Shown: positions 44,404 through 57,244, numbered from the whole stretch's first letter. The stretch is DNA of 63,092 bases, filler included, from Tortispora ganteri (GCA_003707115.1; 27 parts of 27 records of this genome joined end to end with filler, not necessarily neighbours in it); one strand, 5' to 3'. The notes: a model not told the origin generated them from the letters alone. Numbers and translations: made by a program.

Positions 44404-46503
44404 TCTGGCTCAGCGTCATCTGGCTCAGCGTCATCTGGCTCAGCGTCATCTGGCTCAGCGTCATCTGGCTCAGCGTCATCTGGCTCTGCGTCATCTGGCT
44501 CTCCGTCATCTGGCTCTGCGTCATCTGGCTCTGCGTCATCTGGCTCTGCGTCATCTGGCTCTGCGTCATCTGGCTCAGCGTCGTCTGGTTCGTTATCATC
44601 GTCATCTGGCTCAGCGTCGTCTGGTTCGTTATCATCTGGATCGGCATCGTCTGGATCGGCATCGTCTGTAGTGTCATCGTCTGGCTCAGCGTCGTCTGGC
44701 TCAGCGTCATCTGGCTCTGCGTCATCTGGATCGTTATCGTCTGGCTCAGCGTCGTCTGTCTCAGCGTCATCTGGCTCTGCGTCATCTGGATCGTTATCGT
44801 CTGGATCGTTAGCGTCTGGCTCTGCCTCATCTGGCTTAGCTTCGTCTGGCTCAGTGTCGTCTGGCTCAGTGTCTTCTGGTTTTGCCTCGTCTGCAGTCTC
44901 ATCGTCATCTGGATCGTTATTGTCTGGCTCCGCCTCGTCTGCAGTCTCATCGTCATCTGGATCGTTATTGTCTGGCTCCGCCTCGTCTGCAGTCTCATCG
45001 TCTGGCTCAGCATCGTCTGGCTCAGCGTCGTCTGTCTCAGCGTCATCTGGCTCTGTGTCGTCTCTCTCAGCGTCATCTGGCTCTGTCTCTTCTGGCTCAG
45101 CTTCATCTGTCTCAGCTTCATCTGTCTCAGCTTCATCTGGCTCAGTTTCATCTGGCTCAGTTTCATCTGGCTCAGTTTCATCTGGCTCAGCTTCTTCTGG
45201 CTCTGCGTCGTTTAACTCAGCGTCATCTGGCTCTGCCTCGTCTGGATCGGCATCGTCTGGATCGTTAACGTCTGGATCGGCATCGTCTGGATCGTTAACG
45301 TCTGGATCGTTATCGTCTGGATCGTTATCGTCTGGATCGTTATCGTCTGGATCGTTATCGTCTGGATCGTTATCGTCTGGCTCTGCCTCATCTGGCTCAG
45401 TGTCGTCTGGCTCAGTGTCGTCTAATTCAGCGTCGTCTAACTCAGCGTCGTCTAACTCAGCGTCGTCTGGCTCAACATCCTCTGGCTCAGCGTCCTCTGG
45501 CTCAGCGTCCTCTGGCTCAGCGTCCTCTGGCTCAGCGTCCTCTGGCTCAGCGTCCTCTGGCTCAGCGTCCTCTGGCTCAGCGTCCTCTGGATCTTTATTA
45601 TCTGGATCGACGTCCTCTGGATCTTTATTATCTGGATCGACGTCCTCTGGATCTTTATTATCTGGATCGACGTCCTCTGGATCTTTATTATCTGGATCGA
45701 CGTCCTCTGGATCTTTATTATCTGGATCGACGTCCTCTGGATCATCTTCTTCTGAATCAATGTCCTCTGGATCAGTGTCGCCAAATAGCACTGCTTCGTG
45801 GAATAGCTCAGTAACAAGTGCGTCTTCGATCAACTCGACGACTTCTATGTGGCCAAATAGTACCTCTTCGTGGATGAATTTGACGAGTTCGATGTGGCCT
45901 AACAGCACTGCTTCGTGGAATAGCTCAGTAACAAGTGCGTCTTCAATTAACTCGACGACATCTATGTGGCCAAATAGTACCTCATCGTGGATGAATTCGA
46001 CGAGTTCGATGTGGCCTAATAGCACCTCTTCATGGATGAATTCGACGAGTTCGATGTGGCCTAATAGTACCTCATCGTGGATGAATTCGACGAGTTCGAT
46101 GTGGCCTAATAGCACTGCTTCGTGGAATAGCTCAGTAACAAGTGCGTCTTCGATCAACTCGACGACTTCTATGTGGCCTAATAGTACCTCTTCATTGATG
46201 AATTCGACGAGTTCGATGTGGCCTAATAGCACATCTTCGTGGATGAATTCGACAAGTTCGATGTGGCCTAATAGCACATCTTCGTGGATGAATTCGACAA
46301 GTTCGATGTGGCCTAATAGCACTGCTTCGTGGAATAGCTCAGTAACAAGTGCGTCTTCGATCAACTCTACGACATCTATGTGGCCTAATAGTACCTCTTC
46401 GTGGATGAATTCGACGAGTTCGATGTGGCCTAATAGTACCTCTTCGTGGATGAATTCGACGAGTTCGATGTGGCCTAATAGTACCTCTTCGTGGATGAAT
46501 TCG
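44404..46503 (+). CDS. Internal segment of a Ser-rich glycoprotein: SSGSA repeats, then [15 protein letters not shown] repeats
   Basis: Frame open across the contig; 15-bp repeats like those in 8068-9000; dense N-S-T sequons after 45780. Confidence 0.75.
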
Positions 46504-46733
46504 NNNNNNNNNNNNNNNNNNNNNNNNNNNNNNNNNNNNNNNNNNNNTTAATTAATTAANNNNNNNNNNNNNNNNNNNNNNNNNNNNNNNNNNNNNNNNN
46601 NNNAACGCTAAAGCCAATTATTGACCAAGATTACCCAGAACAACTTCCAGGTAGGTAATTAAAGTTATTCTGTAAAAATCCCATGTGCAGACTTTTGAGG
46701 CTGGTAAAATAGACTGCATAGAGTTTGAGGTAT

Positions 46734-47214
46734 TGTTGAAGAAGATTGTAAAGGGCACAAGTTCTCAAGCCGTAAATCTAGTACTAATATTCTTTCACCC
46801 AAGTTTCTAAAGTAAGAACCCTGCTCCTAAACAGCATTCGTCTTGTCTCTCCCATATCAAATACAAAGGACCCCATAATGTTTACTCGAAACACTTATGA
46901 TGGTTTAGACCACAAGTCAACTAAATTATAAATAAACGTCCAATTGTCCCTGATCAGGTCAGACGAAGACACTGAGACATAGTCATCAGAAAGTCTAGAG
47001 ACACGAGAATCACTTCTCAGCAGATTTAGACATATTATCTGCCTCATTAACTCATCTTACGTTATCCAAACAACGTACGATCAAGAGATTTTTATCCCAG
47101 ACTCACTGCAAGTCAAGGTTTCCCTCTTCTTAATAATCCACGTACTTATAGGTAATTTCTCTCATTACGCTCAAAACCCTAAACCTACTCTACCCTAATC
47201 CAGGTATTCCAACA
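46734..47214 (+). mobile_element. Same solo LTR on the allelic contig
   Basis: TGTTG...CAACA with TSD GGTAT (46729-46733 and 47215-47219). Confidence 0.93.
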
Positions 47215-47465
47215 GGTATAAGAATATAACTCTATCATATATAGTCTGAGCAATTGCGTAGTTACTAAGAAAGCCAAAAACAGAGTTGGGGAGCTCCTCG
47301 TTCAGATGCCCCGAACCTAGACACTGCAAGGTTTGCTGCTGTGAATGCGCAAAAGATGCTAGCATTAGCATCATGCATCTGAATATAATGACATACACTA
47401 AACAATATTAGTGTTATATGACATGAAAAAAAAGCGTATTGAAGTGAAGAGAGATATTCGCGTCG

Positions 47466-48697
47466 TTAGTACAGATGAAAGTTAAAAAAGACGTAGACTA
47501 ACTTTGTGTATTTCCAAGGTAAACTGGTAGGAAAAGGATAGAGTGAATCAATGCTTTTGGCACCTTTGACATTGATAGTTGTCGAAAAATCCAGTCTAAT
47601 AGAACTCTCTAGACCGGATGTAGTTGCTCTACTAAGATAAACAAAACGAAAGGGATACCAACTATTCGGCTGTAGACTAAGCTCCAGCAAGAATGGGTAC
47701 TTAACTAGTGCCCCTGGATCAACTATAAGTGAATCTGAAACATAATGACCAATTGTATTATTTCCTATTTCACTGATATTATTGCAGTTCATAGCTGCAT
47801 TTCCTAGAAAGCCGAATGAATTGATTACCGTATGGACTGCATAACCGACGTTGGAAGTAAACTCAACAGTAGCTTCGATCGCATCCACGGATTCAAGTGG
47901 TTGAATATATGCTAAAAGTTCATATAAAACCCACTTCGTCGGTATGCCGAAATCGGGAAACCGAAGTTCTGTGTTATGTATACTAACATTCTCCTGACTT
48001 CGAGATTCCAGTCTATACATGCCGGCAGCGATGTATTCAGGATTCCAATCTTCAGCAATTGTAGGATACACGGCAAGGTACGCTTCATTAGATGGGTAAT
48101 CAATAGAGCAGCAAGCTGAAGCAGGCACTTGTGTAGGACATTCAGAAGAAGAGGAGGAAGAGAAGGAAGAAGAGGAAGAAGAGGAGGAAGATGAAGAAGA
48201 GGAAGAGGAAGATGAAGAAGAGGAAGAGGAAGAAGAAGAAGAGGAAGAAGAAAAAATAAGTGAAAATGTACTATAGTTCACATTCTCGGATGTCCTTGAC
48301 AGTGGAAGCACAGAAACGGTCGAAAAATTCGAGAAAAACAATGAAGTAGGCGATGGAGACTCAGAGGACGCGTCAGCAGTTTCTGAAGAGAATTCTGGTA
48401 GCAGAGAACTGTCAGAAGTAGTTCTTGAGATCGGAAGCACAGAGTTAGTACGATGAGAGTTTGTGGTCGATTCACCAGACTTCAAACTATTCGTTGTCTG
48501 TGACGAGAATACATTGGTGGAACGGAAGATCGGGTTGACATCGCCACTGGATTCTGTAGAAGGAAATACTGTAGTGACAACTGTGGTCACGACCGGGACT
48601 TCAACGCTAATGCTTAGATCAACTGAAACGGAGAATCCGATCTCTTCGTAATAACTCCAGATGTAAGTATGCGAGTCACTTACAAGAGGCGGTTTAG
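47466..48697 (-). CDS. Subfamily C adhesin-like gene, allele 2 (5' truncated, C-terminally extended)
   Basis: Reverse complement of most of 42198-43393, with a longer Ser tract and a 1-nt insertion at the stop codon. Confidence 0.75.
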
Positions 48698-48797
48698 NNN
48701 NNNNNNNNNNNNNNNNNNNNNNNNNNNNNNNNNNNNNNNNNTTAATTAATTAANNNNNNNNNNNNNNNNNNNNNNNNNNNNNNNNNNNNNNNNNNNN

Positions 48798-50883
48798 ACG
48801 AGGTGCGTATGTTAATCACCTCGTTATACGAGGTGCACAAGCCCAATTGGGGTCTTTTATGTGTGATATGGAAGAGCCCAGAAGTACGCTGATAAGGTTC
48901 AGCAGGCTTCAACTTTATTTGGAGGCTGGGTAAAAAGGACTAGTACTAGATTTACGGTGTTGGGAACTTGTGCCCTTGACAACCGTCTTCCAACACTCCC
49001 TCTCAAGACAACATTATTGCTTTGAAAAACAACAGAATAATTTTGTATTGAATGTACTTGAGAATTGTATAATAAAGGATCCTTTTTCCGTTCCTGGATT
49101 GCTCGATTCCATTACCACGGGAATCACTTATTTGATCGAGTAAGAAGTTTGCGCAATTGACCAAAGTGTTCATGTCGTGGCAGTGCTTTAGTCAATACGT
49201 CGGCGAGTTGGAGCTCCGATTCAATGTAGTGTAACGAGACGTCTGTTCGTTTCACGAATTCTCTAACCGCGTAGACTTTCACATCAATGTGCTTCATCTT
49301 CGAACGAGTGAAGTCACCTTTAATAGCTGCAATGCAGGCCTGATTATCTTCGTAAAGGGCAACGCCTTCAGGATGATGTATCCCTACTTCTGATAGCTTT
49401 CGTTTGAGATAAACGGCTTCAACGGCGGCAGAAGATATAGCAATGTATTCTGCATGCGCGGTGGCAAGTGCAGTAACTTTTTGCTTGACTGAGGCCCAAG
49501 CTATGGGGCCGTCAGCTTGAAGTAAGACCCACCCTGTGGTAGATTTGCAATCCGTGCGATTTTGATAACTGGCATCAGCATATCCATGTATGTGCTCATT
49601 GGCTCCATACTTGTAGAGTATACCTTGGTCTTTTGTATGTTTAAGATATTGAAAGATTCGTTTGACGGCGTTCCAGTGTGCTTTGGTAGGACAAGTAGAG
49701 AAGGATGCAAGAGCATTTACAGAAAATGCTATGTCAGGACGAGTGAGATTTGCAAGAAACATCAGTGTCCCTATTGCACTTCTGAACTCATTGAAGTCCT
49801 CATTTGGTTGAGGTTTTGTAATGATATCCAGTCCAACAGCCATAGGAGAAAATTTTTCAGCAGCGTCAGTTAATTCGAATCTGGCCAGTGCTCGTTCTAT
49901 GAAGAAACTTTGAGATATATGAATACCGTCTTCGGTGTGTTTGACATTCAGGCTTAAGAACGAGGAGATTGGTTGTTGAATAGATGCCGTATACTTGGAA
50001 TTTAGTTGTTGATAGAAGTCAAGGATTAAATCCTCAGATTCTGCAATGACAGCAATGTCGTCAACATAGATCACAAGCATAATATTCTTTTTATAAAAGA
50101 AGCAATCATCATAGGTGTTCTGAGTAAAACCCAGTTCTTTAATGGTTTCAACCAATGTTTCATTCCAGCGTCTTGGTGCCTGTTTGAGACCGTACAGGGT
50201 TTTCTTGAGTTTGCAGACTCTGTCTGTTCCGTCTTCGAACCCTTGAGGTTGTTTCATATAAACATTTTCTTCCAGTTTAGCATTGAGAAAGGCTGTCTCG
50301 ACGTCAATTTGTGCTGTGTATCAATTTCTGGAGGCAGCAATTGCAAGGAGCATCCGTACCATAGTATAGGAGGCCACGCTTGCATAAACTTCGTCGAAGT
50401 TCAGTCCTTTTATTTGCTGAAAACCTTTTGCAACGAGTCTAGCTTTGAATTTGTCAAAGACGCCTTCAGCTGTCTCTTTGACTCTGAAGACCCACATGTT
50501 ATCAATTGGTTTGATGCCTGGAGGACATTTGACCAGTTCCCATGTTTCTTTTGCGATCAGGGAAGTTAATTCGCGGTTGCATGCATCGTTCCATTTTTCT
50601 CTGAGTAAAGATTTCTGAGCTTGGAAGATGGACTTAGGGGGGTCTGTTACTTCAGGTAATAAGAGGTACTCATCGACTGCGACCTTGTTTGAGGCTGGAT
50701 TTGAATTAATTTCTCCTTTCTGAGTGAAGCCAAGATTTATTGATTCGGTCGATATTTTGCCGATTTTGGGCAGTTTGGACTCGCAAATCATCAAAGCTCC
50801 TTTTTCATTGATTCTCCCTCGCTTTGGTGATGCGGGAGGAGATAAACCGGTGGTGGTGGGTGCAGGCAGAATTCGTATATGCT
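48798..50883 (-). mobile_element. Ty1/copia retrotransposon 3' portion (pol, PPT 48996-49006, partial 3' LTR 48798-48995)
   Basis: Minus strand TTGAGAGGGAG is immediately followed by the LTR start TGTTGG. Confidence 0.92.
49124..50883 (-). pseudogene. Copia reverse transcriptase/RNase H with one in-frame TGA
   Basis: KARLVAKGF.Q, (stop)YTAQIDVETAFL, LYGLKQAPRRW, YVDD, YADAS, EDNQ, KHID, ADVLTKAL. The two track ORFs are in the same frame, separated by TGA at 50321-50323. Confidence 0.9.
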
Positions 50884-50983
50884 NNNNNNNNNNNNNNNNN
50901 NNNNNNNNNNNNNNNNNNNNNNNNNNNTTAATTAATTAANNNNNNNNNNNNNNNNNNNNNNNNNNNNNNNNNNNNNNNNNNNN

Positions 50984-51872
50984 GCCCCTTTATTGAAATG
51001 AGCTTGTCTATATCGCTAGGATTCAGCTCACGTATACCTTGCTTAGTGTCGAGGCCGTACGGACGGACCTTGTAAATTATACTGCCGATACGGTCTTTTT
51101 CTTGTTCCTTGTGTTCTAAAGGAATTTCAATTAGATCGTCCACTAGGTCCGCCATCATTGTTCTAATGGCTTGATCCATAATTGGAATGACTTCTTGCGG
51201 GTAGTTTATAGACTGATAGAAGAGTCTTTTTGCGGGGGTATAGCTCTTTATGTCATTTAGGTCTAGATTGAGACACGTCAGTTCCTTTTGGTACATATTC
51301 CTCAGTGCATCCATGTATATGAGATCTTCTCCTTCACCAGGGGCGTAATCAATTTCATCCATTTCGAGCCTGTACCGTCGCTTGAATTGGCGCAGGAATT
51401 CGAGGAACATGTCAGTGCAGTCTTGGACATTGATATTAGTTCCCCATATAACTTGTGTCGGCTCATCTGAGTTGACGGACATTGGGCTACTGGCCGAATC
51501 TAAACCGTGGCTTACACCTAGCGAACCAGCGTCGACCATTCGGCGGTCAGAAGGCGACAGCAGCGTGGTATTTCTAATATCGCCGCGATAGGTGCGACTA
51601 GACCCTTCAGACCTCAAATCTGCTCGCAGAGTAGAAGATGGAGTACCAGAACTCGAGTATCCGAGTGGCGTACTAGAACGCGTACCGCGGGAATTCAAAG
51701 ATATAGGAGTGCGTATGTTTGCTGGAGTCTCCCCGAGCGAACTGCTAGGATACTCCATGCGGCTTCCAGAAGACGGAGTGTTCTCATCTACAAACAGGCG
51801 TCCGTTATTGCGGTCAGTCCCTCTTTCTGGCGTTTCGCCGATACTCGAAGAGATATCCAGAGGTGACGACAT
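50984..51872 (-). CDS. MCM4: DNA replication licensing factor Mcm4 (3' truncated)
   Basis: S/T-P-rich N-terminal extension, VIWGTNI, F..FL..F, YPQEVIPIMD, YKVRPY, RELNPSDIDKLISIKG. Confidence 0.94.
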
Positions 51873-51945
51873 TGTGCAGCTATTGATGCAAGTGAACGGT
51901 TAGTAAAGATTGCAGAAAAGAAAGTAAGGGGGTGTGTACGTCTTT

Positions 51946-51957
51946 ACGCGTTCGCGT
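51946..51957. promoter_or_regulatory. MCB cell-cycle boxes upstream of MCM4
   Basis: ACGCGT followed by TCGCGT about 75 bp upstream of the ATG; MCB is the established MBF site of G1/S genes. Confidence 0.65.
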
Positions 51958-52206
51958 CTAGAACTTTAATTCACATATATCCCGAATAGGCAATAAGTCT
52001 GCATTGAGCTGCAGTGCTGCATGCCTAAACCCATACCTCTTAACGCTGGTAATAATGTTTACGTTTCTGCTCTATTCTTCACAAATATAAAAATATTTCA
52101 TACCTTGGCGAAGTAGCGTTTTGTACAACTCTAGAGCGTTTCAGTTACTCGACCACTAACCAAGGCTCCTAGCTTGGGCTATAAGTCTTCATCTTGAGCA
52201 TTGGTG

Positions 52207-53037
52207 GAGGATCAGTGGGTGTGCGGTTAAGTCACGAGTATATACAAGGGATTACAGTACAGGACTCCTCCCTTAGCAACGTAAATTTGTTTTGGTCGTA
52301 ATTCCTTCAGAAGTAGTTGAAATTTAATGATAATAAGTGTGTTTTAGTTGAAATTGCTAGATCTTTCGAATGGTAGTATTTTGGAGGCTAAATTCGGCGA
52401 TTTGGGGGAAAAGTCACACACCGCGAGGCAAGGCCTTAATTGGAAATTGGGACTTCCTCCTGGCGCTGCGATGTTTCCAGAGGGGTCGCCGGATCGCCTT
52501 GAAATTGCGATATTTTATGCGCCAGAGCGTTCTGCACGCTTTAAAATATCTAAAAATGAAATTGACCTATTTTTGGTGAAGTTACAGAGGTTTAAAGAAG
52601 GGGTATAAATAGAGGAAACGCGGTGGGAGGCATGTTTACATTCCCCATCACACCGTGTACGAGTAAACAATGGACGAAAAACTACTCGAAGAGTCGCTTT
52701 ACAACGCTATTTCCTCTAGGTAACGTACATGATTAGTCCAAAAAAGGTTCCAAAACATATCTAACGATTAGAAAAAAGCTCCGGGACTGTATCGCTTCGT
52801 TACAGTCCACATTCCAATCCCCCCTTCCTGAACCCGACCACACAAACATAGTGAACAACACTGTTGTAAACATGAAAAAGGTTATCGATGCTAATTTCGT
52901 GAAACTGAGGAGTTCAAGGAATGGCGAAGATAGCCCAGAAAGTCTTGCGGAAGATTATCAAGAGTCGCTGGGCATGACTCTTCGACAAATAGCAGAGCGT
53001 GTTTACTCACTGCACTATTTTCACGAAGCCACCAAGA
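52207..53037 (+). mobile_element. Unclassified insertion element, site 2 (upstream of MCM4); longest view into the element
   Basis: Starts GAGGATCAGTGGGTG; homologous to 27896-28118 and 60807-61113 with unrelated left flanks. Confidence 0.85.
52670..53037 (+). CDS. Intron-containing orphan gene inside the element (exon 1 52670-52719, exon 2 from 52772; truncated)
   Basis: TATAAATA at 52604. The 52-nt intron GTAACG...CTAAC GATTAG joins exon 1 in frame to the 52851 ORF: MDEKLLEESLYNAISSRKKLRDCIASLQSTFQSPLPEPDHTNIVNNTVVNMKKVIDANF... Confidence 0.65.
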
Positions 53038-54049
53038 NNNNNNNNNNNNNNNNNNNNNNNNNNNNNNNNNNNNNNNNNNNNTTAATTAATTAANNNNNNN
53101 NNNNNNNNNNNNNNNNNNNNNNNNNNNNNNNNNNNNNAAAAGTAATTCTCCGTGTAAATCGCTCTATCCGAGATGCATTACGGTTTCTTACAGCACCTCA
53201 CTGATTTCTATGACAGCCGTACCACAAAGTCGATGCCCAGGAGGTCTAGTCTGGTATTCATTCCCCTTGCCAACAACCATGGCACTTTTGGATAAGTTTG
53301 ATATTCTTGTAATACTGTCCAAAACAGTCGTGAATATCGTCGAAAAGCAATCGAAGCTGTGAGTATTTATGTTCCTACTATTTGAATGAAGCTTATTTTG
53401 TGATGTTGCATGTTAACCTACAATGAAGATGCAATTCTAATTTCTGCACTGCTTGCCGATCCTGAAGGCATACATCGTTGATTTTGTTGATTCGGTTCCA
53501 ATGCCGGCGAAACGGCATTCACCAACGTGAAAATAGTTTCAAACTACTAGTATCACTGATCGGTTTTATTTATTGGCATTAAAATTGCTGGAAACACATT
53601 ATTACTTGGGTTTGTAGCATTTTAAAGCTGCGCATCTTTTCGCCTACTGAGCACCTAGCACTTTACGTTGAGAGCATGCAGTGAGACAAAGCAGAAGATA
53701 TTATAGATCTTCAGGCTACGGCAAATGGAGTATTGCGAATACTTTAGCCGAAGACATTAATTTTATGCTATAACTACTGTATCTTCAGTGCGCAGTGAAA
53801 CCATACAGTATTACAGAGATATATTACTATAATGGTTGACGATCTTTAGCGATTAAGGTTTCGAGCCGAGGCAATATATCCCGATTAGGCAGTATAAACC
53901 TTATATTAGCCAATCAATTAGCTGCACAGTTTATTCAAAAAATTAGAGTTTGAAACAATATTGACCAATCAGAAGGCCTAATTGCATAATCAGGTTAGGG
54001 TAAGAAATCAGCCAATAAGAAGCTTTATTTTACAATTAAAGTTTGGTCT

Positions 54050-54792
54050 GGATGAACCAATCAGAGACGCTCGATTCGATCGAAAGTTAAGCTTTTGGAT
54101 CGACCAATCAGAGGTAATCGATCCGATCGAAGGTTAAGCTTTTAAATCGGCCAATCAGAGGTGATCGAGCCGATCGAAGGTTAAGCTTTTAGATCGACCA
54201 ATCAGAGGTGATCGATCCGATCGAAAGTTAAGCTTTTAGATCGACCAATAAGAGGCGATCGATCCGATCGAAGGTTAAAGTTTTAGATCGAAGGTTAAGC
54301 TTTTAGATCGACCAATCAGAAGCGATCAATCCGATCGAAGGTTAAAGTTTTAGATCGAAGGTTAAGCTTTTAAATCGACCAATAAGAGGCGATCGATCCG
54401 ATCGAAGGTTAAAGTTTTAGATCGAAGGTTAAGCTTTTAAATCGACCAATAAGAGGCGATCGATCCGATCGAAGGTTAAAGTTTTAGATCGAAGGTTAAG
54501 CTTTTAGATCGACCAATCAGAGGCGATCGATCCGATCGAAGGTTAAAGTTTTAGATCGAAGGTTAAGCTTTTAGATCGACCAATCAGAGGCGATCGATCC
54601 GATCGAAGGTTAAAGTTTTAGATCGAAGGTTAAGCTTTTAAATTGACCAATAAGAGGCGATCGATCCGATCGAAGGTTAAAGTTTTAGATCGAAGGTTAA
54701 GCTTTTAGATCGACCAATCAGAAGCGATCGATCCGATCGAAGGTTAAAGTTTTAGATCGAAGGTTAAGCTTTTAGATCGACCAATCAGAAGC
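54050..54792. repeat. Third 47/67-bp tandem array, with more 67-bp units
   Basis: Contig 53138-55150 is a variant copy of 39938-41795. Confidence 0.95.
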
Positions 54793-55341
54793 CACGGTAC
54801 AAAATAAGGTTAAAGTTTGAAACTGACCAATCAGAAGCTCTGATGCACAAATAAGGTTAAAGTTTACGGGTAGCCAATCAGAAGCTTCGAAAATCAGGTT
54901 AGGGTTTCCCGTTTTCTCGGGAAGGGTTCAGGGTTATTTTGGCCTTTCAGCGATTTTCTGCAACTTTAATTCAGGGTATAGGGTATATCACCTGATATAT
55001 AGCCAATAGGATGCATTGCTCGACATCTTTCTTCAGTTCTAAAAAAACTTTATTCAAGGGTATAGGTGTTTGCACGTGATATTTATAGCCAATAGGGGGC
55101 GCTGTTTGCTCTCCTTCACTAGGCTTACTCCACCTCTCGTCGACGACCGTNNNNNNNNNNNNNNNNNNNNNNNNNNNNNNNNNNNNNNNNNNNNTTAATT
55201 AATTAANNNNNNNNNNNNNNNNNNNNNNNNNNNNNNNNNNNNNNNNNNNNAGCTCTGATCAATAAGTATGTATGGTTTTATGCACGTTCAAGGTTTAGAT
55301 CATTCAATTAGCCTGGAAATGACTTGCTTGAGGATTAGTAA

Positions 55342-55731
55342 CTAAGTAATTTGAAAAATACTGCCTAATTCGCTCTTATCTGAGACCTTATTTATATTAA
55401 AGTAAGTCGTTAATAGTTCTAAGAACCACGTCCTGTATTGCTGTAAAATCTCCAAGTGGCTCCAAATCGCACATTCACATAATTGTTCATTAGTGAAATT
55501 AATGAAATCAATCAATTTTTCAGGGGGAAACTCTTTCCTCTGATCACACACAGATACACTTACTTCCCCCACCCCACCCTTACTCCACAGACACTCCAAA
55601 TTCTCGGTCTCTTCGGCTTCTTTGGACTTGGAGACCAGCTCTGCCACAATAGGTTGCAATCTAATCGCGGAAAAATGTCTGATTGTTGGCCGGCTGTTGT
55701 GACACTCAAGGACATCTATCACTGCCCGCAT
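55342..55731 (-). CDS. Hypothetical protein or gene remnant
   Basis: 129-aa ORF with weak motif similarity to a broken frame at about 41890-42075. Confidence 0.35.
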   Translation of the reverse strand: MRAVIDVLECHNSRPTIRHFSAIRLQPIVAELVSKSKEAEETENLECLWSKGGVGEVSVSVCDQRKEFPPEKLIDFINFTNEQLCECAIWSHLEILQQYRTWFLELLTTYFNINKVSDKSELGSIFQIT

Positions 55732-57244
55732 TTCTTGACCAATCAGTAAACTTGGCTCATAACTTTATTAAGAGAATATATTCTAAAAAGATAATCGGTT
55801 GCACTCGCTTGTTCTTGCTTGTTCTTCATGTAACGCTGTCACATTGCTTTGCTATATTCTGCTTTCCATAATCCATTGTACCCCTCTTTAGTCCTAAGCA
55901 TACTATCCTGCATAGTTCCGCGTCTTATATTTGCACCGTACAGTAAGACTATAAACCAGTTAACTAAATCCTCAACCTTTTTTTAGTCGGATACGCCAAT
56001 AACAAGGTTCATAGATTTCGTTGCGCGCTAGAATCTACCGAAAATAAAAAATAAAAAACCTTATCTACCGTTAAACCAACTGCAATGGTATTTGTCATGT
56101 GCCATTAACTGCCTAATATTATGATACACCCTGCATTCCGTTCAGCAACAAAGTATACAACCTTCTAGGCTCTGCTTCAATGATTTACTGGTCCGCGAGC
56201 ATTGTTGCCATGGTGCAATTTGCAGTTTGCAGTTTGCACTACAGCTGCGGTTATCGCACTAGTCTCCTCTCGCTCATTTAATTAGATTTTGAGTTCACCT
56301 AGCATTAGTTTAGTAGGTTTCCAAATACCGCACTTTTAGTATCGATAGTTTTGGCAATTCACGTAGACAATGCCTGCTCATTTACATTCAGTCAAACATG
56401 CATCTATAAATATGTCTATAAGTGTAAATCTAAACGCCCGGATGGATATCATATCCTGAAAATGAACCCTTTACGCTGAGTACAGTAAAGCCGAAAACGT
56501 ACTCCACGCGGCCAGCCGATGGTACTGTTCAATAACAAAAACAATCTAAAATGAGTACCAGCGCAGAGCTGAGCCAAATATGATCTTGAAGAACGCCGTA
56601 CTCGCATTGTCCAGTTACAGCCTGGTGTTGTACGAACTACGACCATCACTGCCAATCGCCGACTATGGCTACGACAGGTCCAGCCATGAACATAATACCA
56701 GTCTCAACTATTTTAGCAATATTATTCAGTGTAAATAATACATACATCGAATCAGTATTTGACTTGAAATAGCTAACAACTAACGAAGGTCAGGTATTTT
56801 GCTCTGCACTTAGTAGTTTCCTACATATACATCGCCGCAAATATTTCAGATAAATCGGCACTAGAATCGGTAGCAACATAGTGGAATGCCTTTATAGGTG
56901 CCAGACTAGATCGGGAATCTGTCAGAATCTTATCCTTATTTCTAACCTGATCCAATCTTAAGTGACCTCGTCTAATCTCCGCTATCACCGAGTATATCAT
57001 TCACTTCCATCTCCATCTCTTTTTAATCCACATTATCTCATATATACTCTACATATATCCCCTATTTATTGGTAGACACCCTCTTGACCTTCCTCTGTCT
57101 TTATTTTCTCTCTTTCATCATTACTGAAAGGGGAAACCACTTCANNNNNNNNNNNNNNNNNNNNNNNNNNNNNNNNNNNNNNNNNNNNTTAATTAATTAA
57201 NNNNNNNNNNNNNNNNNNNNNNNNNNNNNNNNNNNNNNNNNNNN

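Noticed and set aside
44352..46364. 670-aa acidic antisense ORF (DDAEP/HIELVEF repeats)
   Set aside because: Shadow of the Ser-rich repeat on the plus strand; the plus frame matches the family and carries sequons.
50321..50323. Programmed UGA readthrough as in Tca2
   Set aside because: The stop is inside the RT domain at a position compatible with TGG to TGA, not at the gag-pol boundary; a nonsense mutation is simpler.
52348..52608. Short ORFs within the element terminus (also 60970-61113)
   Set aside because: They are short, an indel between copies shifts their frames, and they lie upstream of the TATA of the spliced gene.
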